64,000 nucleotides of DNA, taken from sequence record SRR31156797_1064; one strand, written 5' to 3'. Position numbers and translations under genes: made by a program. Shown in pieces: positions 39,843-49,811 of the stretch. Numbering within the stretch: the first letter of the stretch is position 1; the number at the start of each line of letters is the position of its first letter. A model generated the notes under the pieces. That model ran no database searches. It was not told the DNA's origin and saw only the letters and a list, made by a program, of their open reading frames with translations.

Positions 39843-40658
39843 GTGAATAGAATGCCTAAAAAAGTCCCTTTTGAATTTTTTTATCAGATTTTTTCCCTGC
39901 TTACGGCTTTTATTCTCGTTCATGGGGCCTTTGTCACTGTTGTCAGGCCAGAGGCGGAACTGTTTCAGATCAAGGAACAGCAGCAGATGGCTGTTGATCC
40001 TGCTTATGTACAGCAGCGCAATTTTTATGTGGTGCTTAAGGATTATGAGCAAGAAGCCTGTCTGGTACTTATGTTGTGGGCATTGGCTATTCTCGGTTTT
40101 AAAGGTGTTACCACATGGCAGCAGCGACGTCAGCTTGATGTGGATTTGCTGCAGCTGCCGGAAACGCTGCCGCTTGGGCCGGAGGATGCCGTGGCTGTTG
40201 AACAGCGAATCCAGGAACTTTCCGGAAAACAGGAGACCTACCTGCTGTCTCGAGCCCTTGATGCTGCAATCAGGCGTTTTGGTGCCACTCATAATGTGCA
40301 GGATGCGGCAACAGCCTTGCGTGATGTATGCACGTCGGAAGGGGAGCGGTTGGAGGCGGAACTCTCAACCATACGATATATTGCCTGGGCCATACCATCG
40401 GTGGGGTTTATCGGAACTGTTCGTGGGATTGGCGCTGCCCTATCTCTTGCTAACAAGGCGGTTGAAGGGGATATTACCGGGGTTACCCAAAATCTCGGTG
40501 TTGCCTTTAACTCCACCTTTATTGCTTTGGTGATCTCCATTGTATTAATGTTTTTCATTCATCAGCTTCAGTTACTTCAGGATCGACTGGTGCTTGACAC
40601 TGAAAGTTATTGCGATCGCAATCTGATTGCACGGCTGCGGGCTCATCCCTCCCGGTAG
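39843..40658 (+). CDS. MotA/TolQ/ExbB proton-channel family protein
   Basis: AIPSVGFIGTVRGI...LGVAFNSTFIALVISI transmembrane hairpin. Confidence 0.92.
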   Translation: MNRMPKKVPFEFFYQIFSLLTAFILVHGAFVTVVRPEAELFQIKEQQQMAVDPAYVQQRNFYVVLKDYEQEACLVLMLWALAILGFKGVTTWQQRRQLDVDLLQLPETLPLGPEDAVAVEQRIQELSGKQETYLLSRALDAAIRRFGATHNVQDAATALRDVCTSEGERLEAELSTIRYIAWAIPSVGFIGTVRGIGAALSLANKAVEGDITGVTQNLGVAFNSTFIALVISIVLMFFIHQLQLLQDRLVLDTESYCDRNLIARLRAHPSR

Positions 40659-40663
40659 TACTC

Positions 40664-41755
40664 ATGGCTCTTCGTCACCGTCGCCCAATCTCTTCTTTTA
40701 ACCTTGCCTTTCTCGATATAATGTTTTGCGGTTTTGGGGCGGTGGTGCTGCTGGTACTCATTGTTCATGCCAATACGGTGGCACATCGAAAGCAGAAGGT
40801 TAAAGACCTGACGGCGGAGGTCGAGCGCGCAGCCTTGACTGTGACCGCTGAAAGCCAACATCTTAAAGAGTTAAAGACGGAACTGGCTCGCAAAGAGCAA
40901 CTCCTGGTAAAGTCCAGACAGAAACTGGAAGCTGTTAAGCAGCAAACCATTGCGGAGGAGAAGAGGCTTGCCAGCCATTTGCAGCAGACAGCAGCAGACC
41001 GACATAAGCTTGAGCTGGCGCAGCAGGCCTTAAAGGCTTTGGATGTAGAGCGGCAGCAGCTCAAGGCAGGGGAAATGGTATCGCTGGTAACCGGAGGAAA
41101 AGTCCGTCATTTTGCTGGAGAAGGGATGCGGCAGTATCTCACGGGGCTAAGACTTAGCGGCAGGAGAATAGCACTGTTAGTTGACGTGAGTGCATCAATG
41201 CTCGATGAAACAGTGGTCAATGTGTTGCGCAGGCGGAATATGAGCAAAGAGGTTCAGCGCAATTCCAGAAAATGGCAGCAGGCACTAAAAACTGTTTCTT
41301 GGCTGCTGGCTAATATGCCGGAGACGGCCCACGTACAGATTCTTGCTTTCAACACCGCCTCCGTGCAACTGGGAAGTGAGGCTTGGGTTGGTGTCCAGAA
41401 CAGGCAGCAAGTAGATACAATGGTGGAGAAGCTGCAGGTGATGGTCCCAGCTGGTGGTACGCATCTGACAAAGGCATTTACAGCTCTGACGAGCCTAACT
41501 CCTCCCCCTGACAATTGTATTTTACTCACCGATGGTTTGCCCACCCAAGGGAACAGAGGGGCCGCTTCCGGGGCGGTTTCCGGGAAAAAAAGGGTGTCTT
41601 TTTTTAAAGAGGCCAGGCGTAAACTGCCTGCAAAAATGCCAGTGAATACCATTTTGTTTCCCATGGAAGGTGACCCGCTGGCAGCCACACTTTTCTGGCA
41701 GCTTGCCGTTGAAACAAAGGGATCATTTTTAACGCCCACCCGGGACTGGCCATGA
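40664..41755 (+). CDS. ExbD/MotB-like TM, coiled coil and vWA domain protein
   Basis: FNLAFLDIMFCGFGAVVLL (TM Asp), coiled coil, MIDAS DVSAS...GGT...LLTDG. Confidence 0.85.
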   Translation: MALRHRRPISSFNLAFLDIMFCGFGAVVLLVLIVHANTVAHRKQKVKDLTAEVERAALTVTAESQHLKELKTELARKEQLLVKSRQKLEAVKQQTIAEEKRLASHLQQTAADRHKLELAQQALKALDVERQQLKAGEMVSLVTGGKVRHFAGEGMRQYLTGLRLSGRRIALLVDVSASMLDETVVNVLRRRNMSKEVQRNSRKWQQALKTVSWLLANMPETAHVQILAFNTASVQLGSEAWVGVQNRQQVDTMVEKLQVMVPAGGTHLTKAFTALTSLTPPPDNCILLTDGLPTQGNRGAASGAVSGKKRVSFFKEARRKLPAKMPVNTILFPMEGDPLAATLFWQLAVETKGSFLTPTRDWP

Positions 41756-42753
41756 AGAAGAAATCGCGTAGTGTGGAAATATTTAATCTTTCTTTTCTCG
41801 ATGTCGTTTCCTGCGGGTTCGGTGCCCTTATTCTATTGTTGGTTATCAGCAAGATTTCAGAACCACAGGTCGCAGCAACATTGGCCAGTGATCAGCGTGC
41901 TGAATTGGCCGCTTCAGAACTACAGCTTACTGCCGTTCGCGAAGAGGCAAAGCAGGTACAGCAGCAGCTTTTTCAACAACAGCAGCAGCTTGAAAAATCC
42001 AACCTGCAACTGGCAGGGAATACTGCCGATCTTGCCCTGGTTAAGGAAAGCGTTGTTGACCGCCGTAAGAGCAGCCAGGCGCTGGAAATAGTAGAAAAAA
42101 AATTACAGACAGCCAAGCAGGCGCTCACAGAGGAAATGCAACGTCTTCAGCAACAGCAACACATACGGACTGTGGCTGAACATCCGGTAGGTGGTGTTCC
42201 GGTAGACAGCGAATATATTATTTTTGTTATTGATACTTCAGGCTCCATGCAAAAGTTTGCTTGGTCGATGGTGCGCAAAAAAATGGCGGAAATACTGGAT
42301 GTCCATCCACGGGTCAAGGGCCTGCAGGTGCTAAATGACATGGGGGATTATATGTTTTCCCAGTATCGAGGACGTTGGATTTCAGATACTCCTGCAAGGC
42401 GGAAGGCTGTCCTCAGACGTCTGGCATCGTGGGCTCCTTTTTCTAATTCTAGTCCGGTGGAAGGGATTACCAGCGCGATTAAACGTTTTTATAGTAAAGA
42501 TAAAAAGATTTCTCTTTATGTCTTTGGCGATGATTTTTCGAGGGGCTCGATTCAAGCTGTTGTCAATACCGTGACTCAGATGAATAGACGTGATATGTCC
42601 GGTAATAAAAGGGTACGTATCCATGCTATCGGTTTCCCGGTTTTGTTTACCCAATCTGGCGCGGAAAACAATGTGATAAGGTTTGCAGCGTTGATGCGTC
42701 GTCTTGCTGAAGATAATAACGGTAGTTTTGTTGGGCTTACCGAGCTTCGTTAG
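41752..42753 (+). CDS. Second ExbD/MotB-like TM, coiled coil and vWA domain protein
   Basis: FNLSFLDVVSCGFGALILL, coiled coil, FVIDTSGSM...FGDDF...RIHAIGFP; ATGA overlap. Confidence 0.85.
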   Translation: MKKKSRSVEIFNLSFLDVVSCGFGALILLLVISKISEPQVAATLASDQRAELAASELQLTAVREEAKQVQQQLFQQQQQLEKSNLQLAGNTADLALVKESVVDRRKSSQALEIVEKKLQTAKQALTEEMQRLQQQQHIRTVAEHPVGGVPVDSEYIIFVIDTSGSMQKFAWSMVRKKMAEILDVHPRVKGLQVLNDMGDYMFSQYRGRWISDTPARRKAVLRRLASWAPFSNSSPVEGITSAIKRFYSKDKKISLYVFGDDFSRGSIQAVVNTVTQMNRRDMSGNKRVRIHAIGFPVLFTQSGAENNVIRFAALMRRLAEDNNGSFVGLTELR

Positions 42754-42816
42754 GAGGTTCTCCTAAAAGAGGAATTTTTTTTCGAATCAATGATCGCTCA
42801 AAAGATGAGCGCAGGC

Positions 42817-42852
42817 ATGCGTTTGATATTGGAGTCTACGCTTACCTCCGAG
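42817..42852 (-). repeat. Partial second copy of the dispersed hairpin repeat
   Basis: ATGCGTTTGATATTGGAGTCTACGCTTACCTCCGAG versus the reverse complement of 22988-23023 (ATATGTTTGCTATCGGAGCCTCCGCTTACCTCCGAG): 30/36. Confidence 0.7.
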
Positions 42853-42997
42853 TATTACTTCTTGAGTATGACGCTGAGTCGGGCGAAAATAGTATTTCCG
42901 GGCAGACTCTAGGTAATATGTGCTGCCATCCTAAAAGGGAAAACCTGTTTGCTCCTCGTCAGATGAATATATTATATAGAGTGCTTACTCCCTGATT

Positions 42998-43591
42998 ATG
43001 AAAATTCTTGTTGTAGCTGATGCCGTGGTTCCTGGATTAGCAGAGGGGCATGAAGACATTCCTGAAATAAAGGATGTTGAGCTGATCATTTCCTGCGGCG
43101 ACCTCCCTCCCGAATATCTAACGTTGCTCAGTAAGCGGACCGGGGTGCCTGTTTATTACGTTATGGGAAATCATGATATTCGATATGAGGCCTCACCACT
43201 GGAAGGGTGTCTTGATATTCATCGTCGTATAGTTTCCTACCATGGTTTCCGCATCCTGGGGCTTGCCGGGTCACGGTGGTATAATGGCGGCATGAACCAA
43301 TACACAGAGGGGCAAATGCGCAATTTTATTTTCCGGCTCTGGTTTGGTTTATGGCGCACCAAGGGTGTCGACATCGTGGTTACCCATGCGCCCCCACGTA
43401 AGATAGGTGATGCTGAAGATCCCTGCCATCGTGGATTTCGTTGCTTTTGCCGACTGGTGGAGCGTTATCAGCCGGCCTATTTTTTCCATGGTCATATCCA
43501 TAAGTTATTTAACGATGACAGCGAAAGGGTACATCAGCTCGGGAAGACCCAGATTATTAACTGTTATGGATTTTATATACTCAATGTTTGA
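42998..43591 (+). CDS. Calcineurin-like metallophosphoesterase
   Basis: VVAD, SCGDL, GNHD, THAPP, HGHIH. Confidence 0.9.
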   Translation: MKILVVADAVVPGLAEGHEDIPEIKDVELIISCGDLPPEYLTLLSKRTGVPVYYVMGNHDIRYEASPLEGCLDIHRRIVSYHGFRILGLAGSRWYNGGMNQYTEGQMRNFIFRLWFGLWRTKGVDIVVTHAPPRKIGDAEDPCHRGFRCFCRLVERYQPAYFFHGHIHKLFNDDSERVHQLGKTQIINCYGFYILNV

Positions 43592-44684
43592 TAGCTTAAA
43601 AAAAAGTCTGAACAGGATATTTATCCGCCTGGAACCGATAGAACCGGTAAAAGAACTGCAGCATTTTGATACTGTCCAGACTTCGGAGCAGGCATTTGAG
43701 TCAGTTAACCGAGGGGTTCGCAGCATCCCTTTGGAGAAGATTGTAGGTACTGTGGGCCGTTATCATGATTTTGACAGTAGGTTCAGGCCCAAGCGAAAAG
43801 AGTACAGCGGTCGTCTCCAGGGAATTCTTAAGGCAATGGTTGAGGGCAAGCCCATGCCTCCGGTCTCCCTATATCAGATTAAAGATGATTATTTTGTCCT
43901 GGATGGGCACCACCGGGTTACGGCATCCAAGGAGCTTGGACATACCCACATACAGGCCTGTATATTGGAACTGCTGCCCGGTGCAGACACGTATGAGAAT
44001 ATTTTATATCGAGAGAAGATCGCCTTTCGCGATAAGGCAGGATTGACTGAGACCATTGATTTGACCGAACTGGATCAATTTATTCATTTTGAACAGCAGA
44101 TCATGGTCCATCAAGAGTTCCTGAAGCAAACAGCGAACCAGGAAGTTGACTATGTTCATGCTGCCATTGATTGGTACCGAACCATCTACAAACCTCTGTT
44201 TTCCATGGTGTCAAGCAGTGGGTTGGCTGCCTCCTTTCCCGGGCGTACGGTGGATGACCTTTGTCTTTATATTTCGGTGCATCAATGGGAACTGACTAAG
44301 CGTCGCCGCTACGGGATCGGCATTGACCGGTTGATCTCAAAAAACATGGAGGAGTTCAGAGCTAAAATGGCAGAATACAGAGCAGCAGAGTACCCAGAGA
44401 TGAAGCGGGAAATAACGATTTTTATCTTGCTTAATATTGAAGGGCGCCATGAAAATCATATTATGGATAAATTGTTACAACTTGATGAGGTTGACGAGGT
44501 GCACTCGGTACACGGTTCCATTGACATGATCGTTAAAGCGACTTTGATGCGGGATTTGCTGACCTCGGATGCTGAGTTGATCTCCCAGTTTACCCATAGT
44601 CATGTTCGGAACCTGCGTGGAGTCAAAGGTTCACAAACCCTGATTCCTGGAGTCTCCAAGGTGAGGAAGAAAGAGGAGCGGTAA
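43584..44684 (+). CDS. ParB/Srx-like domain protein fused to a C-terminal Lrp/AsnC (RAM) ligand-binding domain
   Basis: IPLEKIVGTVGRYHDFD..FRP, MPPVSLYQIKDDYFVLDGHHRV; C-terminal EVDEVHSVHGSIDMIVK...GVKGSQTLI. Overlaps the upstream gene by 8 bp. Confidence 0.8.
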   Translation: MFDSLKKSLNRIFIRLEPIEPVKELQHFDTVQTSEQAFESVNRGVRSIPLEKIVGTVGRYHDFDSRFRPKRKEYSGRLQGILKAMVEGKPMPPVSLYQIKDDYFVLDGHHRVTASKELGHTHIQACILELLPGADTYENILYREKIAFRDKAGLTETIDLTELDQFIHFEQQIMVHQEFLKQTANQEVDYVHAAIDWYRTIYKPLFSMVSSSGLAASFPGRTVDDLCLYISVHQWELTKRRRYGIGIDRLISKNMEEFRAKMAEYRAAEYPEMKREITIFILLNIEGRHENHIMDKLLQLDEVDEVHSVHGSIDMIVKATLMRDLLTSDAELISQFTHSHVRNLRGVKGSQTLIPGVSKVRKKEER

Positions 44685-44720
44685 TGTTTTTATCTAGAGC
44701 GTTAAGTCAGAGGCACATAC

Positions 44721-45293
44721 ATGAATCGTGATGCGAAAGAGCAGACAGGGCATTTTTTGGATCTTGTCTTATCGCGGCAAAGTGTACGGGCCTATCAGGA
44801 CCGGGATGTAGAAGAGGAAAAACTGCACCAGTTGACAGAAGTCTGCCGGATGGCACCCTCAGCGAGTAACGGGCAGCCATGGAAATTAATTTTTGTTACC
44901 GATCCTGCATTGAAAGACCAGGTTGCAGATGCCACGTTCAGCACCATGGTGTCATTTAATAAATTTGTCCCTCAGGCACCTGTGCTGGTAGTGATAGCCA
45001 TTGAAAAAACCAGAGTGGTTACCCAAATAGGGGGACTTTTGAAAAAACGTGATTTCCCCTTAATTGATATCGGGATTGTTGCCGAACATTTCTGTCTGCA
45101 GGCTGCTGAGCTGGGACTCGGGACCTGTATGCTTGGCTGGTTTGATGAGCAGCGGATAAGAAAATTACTCCACATTCCAACCCGGATAAGGATAGGCTTG
45201 GTTATTTCCCTGGGGTATCCTCCTCCTGGGTATCGATTGCGAAATAAGCAACGGAAAAAAGTCGAAGAAATGTGCAGCTTTAACAGGTATTAG
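44721..45293 (+). CDS. Nitroreductase family protein
   Basis: RQSVRAY, APSASNGQPW, DIGIVAEHFCLQAAELGLGTCMLG. Confidence 0.93.
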   Translation: MNRDAKEQTGHFLDLVLSRQSVRAYQDRDVEEEKLHQLTEVCRMAPSASNGQPWKLIFVTDPALKDQVADATFSTMVSFNKFVPQAPVLVVIAIEKTRVVTQIGGLLKKRDFPLIDIGIVAEHFCLQAAELGLGTCMLGWFDEQRIRKLLHIPTRIRIGLVISLGYPPPGYRLRNKQRKKVEEMCSFNRY

Positions 45294-45540
45294 TGTTGTC
45301 AGTAGGTGTTCTGTATTGCCTTTAAAGGTTACCGCATCCTGCATAGAGTTAGCCGTATGGTTTCTCTGAACACCTCAACCGAGAAAGAGTGACAGCAGCT
45401 TGGTCTTGCCGGTACCAATCTTCAAGTGAAGCATGAAGGATACTCCCAGTGTTCCTTCCGTCGTCTTTTGTAATATGGAGTAGGATAAAAAAGTACAAAG
45501 AAAAAAACTCAATCTGGCTGGAATGCCCCAAAAGTCGAAA

Positions 45541-46689
45541 ATGAAAAATATTCTTGATTGCACAGGCCATAAATTACTCATTCTAGATATTGTTGACAGT
45601 GATGGCCTGTATCTCTTTGATGCAGAGGGAAAGCAATACATGGATTTGGAATCTGGCGTATGGTGTACGTCGCTGGGACACAAAAACCAACGAGTCAATA
45701 ATGCGATCAGAGATCAAATGGATTGCATCATGCATTCAGGGTTTTGTTTTACAAGTAGTGTTGTGGACAGGTCTGCGAAATCAATACTGTCTGTTACCGA
45801 TCTAAAAGATGGCCAGTGTGTATTTCTTAGTTCAGGAAGTGAGGCTGTCGAAATACTTGTACAGGCTGCAAAACATTTAGCTGTAAGGTCTAAATCCTTA
45901 ACTTTATACGGTTCTGAACTTGGGGCTTATGATTCACTTACTCAAAGAGGTCACGGGTGGCTCAGCTTCGAGTGGGAGAATTGTACGGAATGTACAGATG
46001 ACTTTATTTGTGATCTCCATCTGGATTCTTTAAGTAAGATACCTAAGGATATTACAGAGTTTATTTTTGAGCCTGGAAGTAATGCAGGGCGTGTACGCTT
46101 TCCTTCCAAAGCGTTGATTCATGAAATCGTAAAAATTGTAAGAAAAAACAGTGGCTTGGTAATCGTGAATGAGGTTACCACTGGAATTGGTCGTACAGGC
46201 AAATGGTTCGGCTATCAACATTATGACATCAAACCGGATATGGTTGCGATCGGTAAAGGTATTGGCAATGGGTACCCTGTGAGTGTTGCTGTTTTTTCAA
46301 AAACTGTAAGTGGTAAGTTGGGCTCCTTCAAATATTCACAGAGTCATCAAAATGATCCATTAGGGGCTGCTGTTGCCTTGGAAGTTGTAAAAACAATACG
46401 TGATAATGATTTAATTAGAGAAGCGAAGAAAAAAGGGGATGTCTTTTTGTCCCAACTCAAGTCATTAGAAAACAGCAGAATTAAGATTCGTGGTAGAGGC
46501 CTGATGTTTGCCATTGATTTTGATGATAAAGAATATGCTAATCGTATATACAATGAGCTATTAGAAAGTGGTTTTATAGTTTGTAATAGAGGCACCTTTC
46601 TTCGAATTGACCCTCCACTTATGATAAATGAGAAAGAATTTGTGAAATTTATGGATACGCTCTCTATCGCTGTAGGCAAGCTTTCTTGA
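45541..46689 (+). CDS. Class III aminotransferase (ArgD-like, divergent)
   Basis: YMDLESGVWCTSLGH, SSGSEAVE, FEPG, NEVTTGIGRTGKWF, PDMVAIGKGIGNG, RGRGLM. Confidence 0.88.
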   Translation: MKNILDCTGHKLLILDIVDSDGLYLFDAEGKQYMDLESGVWCTSLGHKNQRVNNAIRDQMDCIMHSGFCFTSSVVDRSAKSILSVTDLKDGQCVFLSSGSEAVEILVQAAKHLAVRSKSLTLYGSELGAYDSLTQRGHGWLSFEWENCTECTDDFICDLHLDSLSKIPKDITEFIFEPGSNAGRVRFPSKALIHEIVKIVRKNSGLVIVNEVTTGIGRTGKWFGYQHYDIKPDMVAIGKGIGNGYPVSVAVFSKTVSGKLGSFKYSQSHQNDPLGAAVALEVVKTIRDNDLIREAKKKGDVFLSQLKSLENSRIKIRGRGLMFAIDFDDKEYANRIYNELLESGFIVCNRGTFLRIDPPLMINEKEFVKFMDTLSIAVGKLS

Positions 46690-47052
46690 TCAAGAGGGAG
46701 ATAATTGTAGACAGAAAGGGATGACTGGACTGCTTCCAGTATAGGCGAAGTATCTTGTTGATACAGCTACGTATGCTGCGCTCCCTGACATGAAAAAAGC
46801 ACAATACGGAAGTGAAGAAAAGATTAAAGGAAAAAGAGCTGAGATGTTTAAGGGGCATCGTTGTGTCTTTTTCTCTTTGGAAAAGGAGTAGGGCAAAAGC
46901 GGAAGCTTAAGATACAGGCAGATTAATCTGGGAAGAACGTTATGAAGCAGCTCGTGATTTTAGCCGAACAATGAGAGCTGAATATCTTGATGGAGGGGAG
47001 TGCCAAAACAAATGTAACAACAGTGTTGATTGGCAAATCCCCCTTTCCATCT

Positions 47053-49512
47053 TTATTTGTTATGATGCAGGCAGGCTTGAATTTTTTTGTATACCTGTTC
47101 CTTGAGAGATTCGTAGGTATGCTTTTCCGGGTAAATAGGCTGCTGAAAGTTGACTGAAATCCTACTGAACGGTTTGGGCATGATGGAACCGCTTGGTAGG
47201 GCGGCAAAAGCACCATTGATGGTCACCGGCACCACTGGTACATTGAGTTCTTTGCTTAAGATTGCAAAAGTTTTCTTGAAATCCCCCAAGCCACCGTCCT
47301 GGGTCCTGGTGCCTTCCGGAAAGATCATGATGTTTTTACCGCTTTTTAGAAGTGCTGCTGTCTTTTGGATGGAGGCTTTGACATCGGATTGAATGTCCAT
47401 GACTACTACATTGTGACGATCCGCAATTTGCCGAATCCAGTTTTTGCGCAGGTGCTTCTCCTTCGCATAGAAGTAGGTCTTTTTCATCAGGGTGTTGGAA
47501 AGTGATGAAGCAACAAAGAGGGCGTCAAAAAAGCTTTGATGGTTGGGCGCAATGATGCAAGGCGTATCGGGAAGGTTTTCTCGCCCTTCTGTACGCATGG
47601 AAAAGTAGAGACTAAGCAGGCCCCTGGACAGGTTTTTCAGTAATACGGTTGTTGCCCAGGTGCGTGGCAGGGGCAAGTCAACTTTCTCTTTGATAATTTG
47701 CTCCCAGTTGAACACTTCCACGCTGATTTTTTCTTTGTTTTCCTTTACATATGCACTGAGCCTGGCAGGATTCTGGTGCTGCATCAGCTCGGATTCGGCT
47801 ATCTCCAGGCCAAAGGTATTTTTGATGAACACCAGCAGGCTGATTTTATCGAGCGAATCCAGAGCAAGGTCGATTTCCAGGTGGTCATCGGGGTGAATGG
47901 GGTGTGCAGTCAGTGACTCGATGTATTGTTTGAGTATAGTGTATTCTTTGTCTTTCGGCGGTTTTGTTGTTTTTTTCTTCTGACTCTTTTGCTGTGCCAT
48001 CTCCGGTAGAAGAAAGCGCTTGAGCTTTGATAGTCGTGTTCTCGGGAGTTCGTCATCAACCAGAGTAAACTGCATGATTTTATACGCTGGTGAAACACTA
48101 CGGTTGAATTGGTCAAGCACTTGGTTTCGGAAGTAACCGTCAATATCGGTAACTCCCTTTTCTCTTATCACTGCCAGGTTCGGGCGAATAACGGCCTGCA
48201 GGATATCATTTTTAAGAAAAATTCCCACCTCTGTAATTGCCTGGCTCATGGTCTCGAGCTTATCTTCCAGAAGAACTGGGTTGATGTTCTTGCCGCTTGA
48301 CATTACCAGAATTTCTTTTTTCCTACCGGTAATGAACAGTCGCCCCTGATCGTCCAGGTGGCCGAGATCTCCTGTGTGAAGCCAGCCATCTTCAAGCACC
48401 TCGGCGGTTGCCTCTGGATTTTGCCAGTATCCCTGCATTATATTTTTACCTTTGGCGAGAACCTCCCCATCGCGGATAACAATTTTTGTTCCTGGGAGAT
48501 TGGTTCCTGCAGAGCCGATCTTCAACTTACCAGGACGGGTAAAGGTTATCATAGGTGCGGCTTCAGTCATGCCATAACCTTCCAGAACCTCAAAACCAAG
48601 GGTGGTGAACTGCTGACCGACTACGGGATCCAGGGCGGCTCCACCGCAGACAAGGAATTTGAGATGGCCGCCAAATTTTTTATGTACAGACCCAAAGAGC
48701 AGTTTGGATAGGGATTGGCTCTGTGCCTTGTCTGCAAGTTTATAAAGCAGGGAGGCGATTTTGTTACTCTGTATTCGACCCATTATAGCGGTGCTGATTA
48801 ATTTGTAGAGTCGGGGGACACCGATGATAATAGTGAGCTTGTTTTTTTGGAGGGTCTGGACAATGTCCTCGGACTGGAGAGTGGGGCAAAGGGCAATGGT
48901 GGCACCAGTATAAAGTGGGGCTACCATGGTGCCAAGGAGAGGGAAGATGTGGTGTAGGGGGAGCAGCATTAATACCCGTTCTTCTCTATTGAAAATGGGG
49001 ATTCCTTCGGTAACCGCATCGATATTAGCCATAATGTTAGTAAAGGAGAGCATCACCCCCTTCGGTGCTCCGGTGGTTCCAGACGTGTATATAAGCAGGG
49101 CAGTGTGTTCATGGTCAGGGATTTCTATGGCTGCCGGTGGGGTTGGCTGGTGCTGGTCAAGTTCTTCGAAAACAAGTAACTGCGGAGAGTCATCAAGTAG
49201 TGCAATTACTTTGCTTGCAACTTCCTTGCATCCTGCTGAACAAAAAATAGCTCCAGGCCGACAATCGCGCGCAATATATTCGACTTCATCTGGAGTGGAC
49301 AGGTAGTCAACCGGAACAACGGTACAGTTTGTCATCCAGGCTGCATAAAACGCGGCAATCCATTCAAGCCGATTTTCAGAAAAGATGAGTACCCTCTCAG
49401 GGTGACCGGAAATCGATGCAGCAAGCCTTGCCGTCGCTTCCAGTAACTGGGAATAGGTGAATGTTCGGTCTGGGAGGATGACAGCAGTCTTATGATGATC
49501 TGTGAGCAGCAT
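47053..49512 (-). CDS. Fatty-acyl ligase - acyl carrier protein - PlsC-type acyltransferase fusion
   Basis: YTSGTTGAPKG, GYGMTE, TGDLG; ACP DLALDSL; acyltransferase NHQSFFD and FPEGTR. Confidence 0.92.
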   Translation of the reverse strand: MLLTDHHKTAVILPDRTFTYSQLLEATARLAASISGHPERVLIFSENRLEWIAAFYAAWMTNCTVVPVDYLSTPDEVEYIARDCRPGAIFCSAGCKEVASKVIALLDDSPQLLVFEELDQHQPTPPAAIEIPDHEHTALLIYTSGTTGAPKGVMLSFTNIMANIDAVTEGIPIFNREERVLMLLPLHHIFPLLGTMVAPLYTGATIALCPTLQSEDIVQTLQKNKLTIIIGVPRLYKLISTAIMGRIQSNKIASLLYKLADKAQSQSLSKLLFGSVHKKFGGHLKFLVCGGAALDPVVGQQFTTLGFEVLEGYGMTEAAPMITFTRPGKLKIGSAGTNLPGTKIVIRDGEVLAKGKNIMQGYWQNPEATAEVLEDGWLHTGDLGHLDDQGRLFITGRKKEILVMSSGKNINPVLLEDKLETMSQAITEVGIFLKNDILQAVIRPNLAVIREKGVTDIDGYFRNQVLDQFNRSVSPAYKIMQFTLVDDELPRTRLSKLKRFLLPEMAQQKSQKKKTTKPPKDKEYTILKQYIESLTAHPIHPDDHLEIDLALDSLDKISLLVFIKNTFGLEIAESELMQHQNPARLSAYVKENKEKISVEVFNWEQIIKEKVDLPLPRTWATTVLLKNLSRGLLSLYFSMRTEGRENLPDTPCIIAPNHQSFFDALFVASSLSNTLMKKTYFYAKEKHLRKNWIRQIADRHNVVVMDIQSDVKASIQKTAALLKSGKNIMIFPEGTRTQDGGLGDFKKTFAILSKELNVPVVPVTINGAFAALPSGSIMPKPFSRISVNFQQPIYPEKHTYESLKEQVYKKIQACLHHNK

Positions 49513-49811
49513 GGAGTAATTGGCTGGTAAAGGTTACAAGGGCTAGATCACTTGAACAATAACTAATGACTAGTAAAACTTTATACTACCCTAACCTGAA
49601 CCTGTGGGCAAGAATGAGGTGCCACTATGTCGGTAATCAGTAAAGTATATTTGTTTATAGAGTGTTGTGGCGGGCACAGAACTTAGGAGTGTGTGCTTTT
49701 TTGTGAAAGAAGAGGACGCTACTTTTCTGTCTTGTCGTCTTATATATGGTATTGTACGGTGGAAATAATCTACACTGGAGCAGGGCTACCCCAATGGTAA
49801 GAGGTGATTGC

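Noticed and set aside
39843-42753. Zorya defence system or a standard TonB-ExbBD/Tol-Pal locus
   Set aside because: No long ZorA tail, no OmpA-type ZorB domain, no ZorC/D/E, and no TonB, TolA, TolB or Pal.
45349-45520. Faint tyrosine-recombinase-like fragment on the minus strand (GRNTGSILHASLEDWYRQ) and attC-like ends around the aminotransferase
   Set aside because: Similarity is too weak by eye and no paired attC boxes were found.
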